From: Botryllus schlosseri
Lineage: Eukaryota
DNA length: 64,000 nucleotides
Direction: 5' to 3'
Assembly (NCBI GenBank): GCA_051294905.1
Contig: CM119375.1
Span: forward strand, 1,178,001-1,242,000
The notes under the pieces were generated by a model. That model was not told the DNA's origin. It saw only the letters and a program-made list of their open reading frames with translations, and did no database searches. Every line of letters begins with the position of its first letter. The first letter of the stretch is position 1. This document shows positions 55,575 to 64,000 of this stretch, in pieces. The position numbers and the translations under genes are program-made.

Positions 55575-58500
55575 CTCCAACAAAAATGCGAATTATCTAT
55601 AGAAATGGACATTTCCACGTCGGTCATTACCTCGCTATGACGCACCAAGACATATATGAAGTTAGAGGCCATGTAACATGCGACTCCTACAAGTGTGCCA
55701 GAACGATCAACAGCGAGGAGACCTTGGCCGAAAAGGACCACCCTTGTGCTGACCGAAAACTGTGATATATGTAGGCTAAATATATGTTTATTGTACATAG
55801 CCACCTAAATGGCTGGCGCCGAATGTTCCTGTCCTGGCGACCTGAGCCCCACAAGACAAATGTCATCGTGCAGGGAACAGCATTTGTCAGTTAAGAAATA
55901 CCAATTTGAAATCGTGTACGTCTTTTAGTTCAGTATGTTTGGTCGATTTCAATATATTTTGACATAGCAGAATGGAGGAGGTCACAAAATATCTTCATGT
56001 AACGAAGTCATTTCACCAATGGGTACGCCCGAAGATGTTTAGTTATTATTTCGGGATCCTACCTTTTCCAACACACTTCACTCAGCTCTACCGGAAAGTC
56101 TGACTACGCGAGCAGAGAGAGGATAAACATTGATAGCAATATACAGGCTAAATATGTATATTCATTGTACTATATATCATTCATTTTAATAAGAGCGAAA
56201 GGTAGTTGCTTGATTGAAAGACCGCTCCAAGTCGTATCGACTACCCCACTACGTTTTCATCTTATATTGTGTTGATTTGAATTAATAAAATTATTATAAA
56301 TTGAACTCGACCGAACTGATGTATAATACCCACCAAAGATACCGTGGAACAGATGAAATACTGGATATATCATTTTGCTAGCAGTAATAAATGAAGTTCA
56401 TTTTGTACAGTAAAATGATGGAAAGCATTCTATCTTTTATACCAAATACAAATTCACGTATTCGGTTCCGCCATCATACTGCAGCGCAAGTCGAGTGGTT
56501 CTGGACCGGTGACAAACAGAGATGTTTGGACAAGTCTGAAGTATAGATGAAAACGTTAGTCTTGTTCGTCCTATTATTCCATTTTGTACTACAATATCGC
56601 AGTGGTAAAATACCTATAATATCAGTACTCAATAAAATCATGTCTCACTATCGGACTCGCATCGCTGAAGCTCAACCTGTACGCAGCCATTGTCGCGAAC
56701 ACAAACTTCAGATACAGTATACAAAACAGGCAATACCTCATGGTGGGCCAGCACGGAGCATTTTCAGAACGAAAAATAGGTCGGTACTGTAAACAGGTTA
56801 AAAACCACTGACAGAGACACCTCGAAAAGTCTCACATAAGCCAATGAGGATATGTAGGTCACGAAACAATACAAGCATTGCTTCAAAACGGAGTCATGAC
56901 ACTGTGAGTCCTTTCCTTTCTATCTTTACAAAAGATCTATCATACGCATTGCAGCGATGAGGTGTATAGCCTACACAACACCGTATTAACCTATCGTCAT
57001 TCGTCATGAGCAACCCAGGACCAAACATTGGAAGTCCGCACTCCGCAGTCCTTGCCAGTTTGGTTCGTAGATTGCACGATATATGTTTAACAAACGGCCA
57101 CAACTAACAAAACGATACATTAGCTTTATTGACACACTCCATTACCAGATAGCGCTCGCAGGACGGTAAGATTTTGTTGACCGCAGCATAAAATTGTACA
57201 ATATGCCAGTGTTTACTTTTTCATTGCAACACAGAACAGAACGACCCAAGTGTCCCAGGGACTATACGGCTGACATGTCATTCTAGAATTCCTTGCTATC
57301 GTCAGCTACGACAAGGGCTGGGTACGTGTACCGCTATCTGAATCGAGTATTAATTCTAGTGATTTCAGTTTAATAGTGAGAGGTGACTTTTTTCGAGTAC
57401 TGAAATACCCTCCTTGCTAATAAGAATTTATTCATCAACGAAAGTTATTGTTTCGATAATAATTTCCACCGTGTATGAAACGCACAATACAAATAATCTA
57501 CCTACTCACATATATGTAAACTAGTGATCAACCCACGGCATTGTCACAATTAAGTGCAATGAAATCGGCATGGTCGAAAAAAAGCAAGTTTATCGGTAAT
57601 GTGATGTAGAACTGATATTATATTCTTTGCGGTAGCATAAAAAGGTACATATTCGAACTTTCTACTTCATTCATACTGTCATGACGTCATAATGACCGGC
57701 ACGCGAATGCGCGATTCGACTGGAAGCCCTCTGTTTCCGTACTCGATACAGAATTGAATTTGCTCACCACCAATTCGGCCCACGGGAATCGAGGAGTGAG
57801 ATATGATTTTTCAGTACTAAAATGATAACTGCCACCAAATTATTCATCAACGAAAAGTGTAGTTCCGATAATATTTTCCACTGTGAAACCTCTATTGATC
57901 GCATCGCAGCATACGAAACATGTATTTCAAGCTACGCGCGAAAGTAAAAAACTCAAAATGACGTATCTGTGAAGTTGCGACCAGCCCACAGCATTGTCAC
58001 AATAAAGAGCAATGAAATAGGCATGGTCTTTGTGGTCGCATAAAAGGTACAAACTTCAACTTTACACTTCTTTCACACTGTTATGGAATGATAGGCCTAT
58101 CCGAATATTTGAGTCAATGCGGCCAGTGCTGCCACTTAAGTAGAAGTATCGATTTCAGAGGCATCTACTCCATGTGGAAGTTCAAGTTCTAGTTTATTCA
58201 TAAAATTTCATCATTCCAAAAATCACAAGACTGCGACACAATGAAAGAAAGGAAGGTGCCGAAACGACTTGGAGTAGTCTTTGAGATCAGACACCAGTTG
58301 CAAATGATGGGTTTTAAAATCACCCAAGTAAGTATTGCCGTGATATCGTGATCGTCCATCCATGACTGTATTTTTACGCGGTATTTTAGCATTAGAAGAT
58401 TATTCCCTGACGCCTTGTGTATATTTATTTCAAGTAGATCTGTGTCTCAAAGCACGGGGAGGGGATGAGACTATATACGCTGAAACTACTTGCAAGCATA

Positions 58501-60422
58501 AGGTAGAATAAATTGTATTGAGTATATCTAACACGAAGAACTCTATCGACCAGCAACCGGACTTCTCGAAGTTGAATATTCAGACATCTATAACCTACGA
58601 TATTTGGTAAGGTATAGCACTTGTTATGTTCGTGCATTTTACGTTGGTATCGTTTGTTTCTTATTTGTCTAGGAATAGTAATTACCGTTTTAACTGCACT
58701 CTGGATCGTGTCGCTGCCTTAAAGTTATTCTGCTGATAATATACTGATTTCATATTGCAACCTCGTCGTATGAGTTATTGTTCAAACAAGATCAAGAACA
58801 CAGCAGCACTGATACAGATGAACAAGAGACAACAGCCTAAAATACAGCAGTATGGTGGGAAAAGTAGTTTTGGTAGATGAGTCGCACACTTTTAGCAGTT
58901 ATTCGGAAATGGCTATAGTTTCTGAATTGCAATATTTCCTATTTCTAAGGGTGACTTACGTATATTTTCAGTGGCCTGACCGGATTGAAAATAGCTTTCA
59001 ATTGATTAATACCGGGACAATCACTTTTATCTGAGATAATGACACAGATCCATGTTTAGTCAAAAGAATAACTGCCATAACTGCCAAATCATGAAATTCA
59101 GGGTGTATTCGGATGTGCTGATAACCAACGCAGCCACTAAGCCGCTTGCTGGGTAGGGTTCTGGTTTAAATCTGGCTGATTAAAATCGGTGTGATTTAAA
59201 TCAGTTTTTTTTCGTTGATTTTGTATTTTAATTTTACCATTTTGATTTTATTGAATATTTTTTTTTTCAAATTTTCGGACGAGATGCGTGAATGTGGTTT
59301 AATATCGGACAATCATGTGCATTTTATATAAACCTGAGATAGCATCTTGGCACCGGTATAGTTCAGCTATTTGACAGACGGACAGGAAAACAGCAAAGAG
59401 CGATAGTCAATCAACATGTTAGCGTTTTGCTGTGGATACTAGTTAGTTGTCTGCAACTCGCTGCGGATATTTCCGAGGCACTGGCGGGATACCGCAAACG
59501 AAGCGCAATCCGGAGTCTCTATCGGAGTCTCTATCATTGATCCAGTTTGCTGGCAGAAACCACTCCATCGATCAAGATGAAGATACAACTATTATGGATG
59601 GTCCCGGTTTGACTCAACAGTCAACATGTTTCCGGGCTACGAGAACAGATCAGTAATGATTCTGGCGACCCATCAGTATCACATAGGTTAAACCTTTTCA
59701 GCTATCATTATCACATCGGTTGAACGTTTTCAGCTATCTGGATGATGATTCACAGCCCCGCATTAATAAAGTTCAAGCGTTATCCTTCATAACCTTGATT
59801 GACATTCATTCATCCTATTTCATTTTGTTCGTGCTGTTGTTATTATGAGTTAAAATCCTGATTTGAAATATTTATTTGATTAAAATCGATTTCAATCAAG
59901 ATCAAAATGATTTCAACCAGAACCCGGGGGTGTCCCTGGGTGAACTAAATTGAAGCAGATACCAATCATCGCCTGTTCCACCCATGCGCATACCGAAGTA
60001 ACATGTTATTTAGCGATAGAAGACGAATTTGTGTGAGTGATACTAGCATTCAAGTCATAAATCGTTTGAAATTGTAAGACGTTTCCAATGAGTTTCCCTA
60101 TGAACATGACTTTCTTCGACCCGGAAGTTACTATCCAATGAAGCACCGTCACGGGCCTCTCAGTTTAGTAGTGAAACAGTCTCTCAATACTATTTCGGTA
60201 TAATATCAGCGAAAGTCATCGACAATGACGAACTAAAGTGCGTGCATTTTACAATATTACGATCCTACAAATAATTAATTTTCGACCGTAAAACTGACCT
60301 GGCGAACATATGTTGAAAGAAAAACAGATTTCAAGGACAAAAAGCCAGAAACCCAGGTGATGCTAAAAAACACAGATCTGGGTGCAAAAATCCAGGAGTG
60401 GCATGTCTGAAAACGACGAATG

Positions 60423-60966
60423 AGATTACTAACCTACGGATAGATACGCAAGTCCCGTCGTTACGCTCCGGCAAGCAGTTACACTTATTGCTCAGCAATC
60501 TAAAAGCAGCATAATTGGTGGTGTTATAACTTGCGACCTGAGTGGTGAAATTTAATGAAACTGGTCTTAATCGAAAGCTACTGTCGCACTGATTCTGAGA
60601 ATACAATCAAAATCTTGTCAGGGAAATGGAACCACGTCAAAACATCCCCCAAAGTCTGAAAATCGGCATTGTTCTGAACAATCGCTTGACGTGTTGCGGT
60701 GGTGCCATCGTTGGAACAATGCCGATTTTCAGATTTTGAGGGCTGTTTTGAGGTGGTTCCATATCACCGACACGATTTTAATTTGTATTTTCGGAATCAG
60801 TGAGGCAGTAGCTCTCGAATAAGACCAGTTTCATTACATTTCAGCCCTCGGGTCGCAAGCTATAACTCCACCAATTGTGCTGCTTTTAGATTGATCAGCA
60901 ACAAGTGTAACTGCTTGCCGTAGCGTAACGACGGGACTTGCGTATCTATCCGTAGGTTAGTAATCT
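60423..60966. repeat. Palindromic element (~180-bp inverted arms with a central hairpin)
   Basis: AGATTACTAACCTACGGATAGATACGCAAGTCCCGTCGTTACGC and its reverse complement ending at 60966; centre related to 11470-11598. Confidence 0.8.
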
Positions 60967-61519
60967 ATAATGAGGCCACAGAGGGGCTATTCGCCAAACA
61001 ATTTCAACCAATAAAGTAGAAAGCCACGCAAATGCACGCGGTATAATTGTGTCGGGTTCTTTTTTGGTCCACCACCCTTTTCGGCTCCTTGCGAGTAAAA
61101 TGCGCACTCAGCGCTAAGAATTTAGGTGCTCATTCTAAAATTCCAGCAGTCGGTACAAGTCTAACCTGCCCCGCCCCTACAAAACGGCTCAAAAGAAGAC
61201 GCATTTCCGTTCACAAAAACAACATCTTGTATTGCACAGACACCATTTCGTCACTGAACACGGGGCACGAAAACGGTCATTCGCAAAAAGCACCCGAGCA
61301 TCGCGTCCCACGAAACGACATGCCCGCTTCGTAAATAAAACTCTATTCTTATCACACACAACGGCGCACAATTTCAACAGTTTGGAGTGAGCGACTCGAC
61401 GACAACGTCACATGATGAGCACGATAAAGACAAACAAAACGTACATAAGCAAGTACTAATAGATTTGATAATAGTAGTTTTCTCAGATAGTTGAAGATCC
61501 TTCCGTGTATCGCGTCGCG

Positions 61520-63918
<2,399 letters not shown>

Positions 63919-64000
63919 CTGGTGAAAAACATTGTCAGAAAATGAAGATGTCTAGCTCTCGGAAAAATGTAAATTGAATAACATCCAGAAGGTCAGTATA

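Noticed and set aside
59154-59927. Element with TAGGGTTCTGGTTTAAATC / GATTTCAACCAGAACCC ends
   Set aside because: Probably another hAT derivative, but I found no TSD and the right end is damaged, so it is not called as a feature.

Overview
Intron-rich, transposon-dense animal genomic DNA. It looks like a marine invertebrate, plausibly a tunicate, but the taxon cannot be fixed from this window. I assembled seven spliced genes by hand, with consistent intron phases: (1) a 16-exon secreted alpha-amylase (4262-18671, +, 931 aa) whose catalytic domains run in frame into Gly/Thr-rich linkers and six trefoil (P-type) domains, five of them an atypical 8-Cys form; (2) PXMP2/PMP22 (-), which the ORF track misses; (3) SF3A2 (+), head-to-head with PXMP2; (4-6) three tandem cytosolic sulfotransferases (-), two of them recent duplicates; (7) the last four exons of V-ATPase subunit B (-). 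Non-coding DNA holds many hAT-type MITEs with verifiable 8-bp TSDs, foldback elements, LINE 3' tails, tRNA-SINEs, a TTAA element and a decayed P/THAP9-type transposon with perfect 59-bp TIRs. Top leads are the amylase-trefoil fusion, a dispersed family of minimal hammerhead-ribozyme-like motifs, a probable P-element excision footprint, and a MITE whose TSD regenerates a splice acceptor. All coordinates were counted by eye and no database searches were run.
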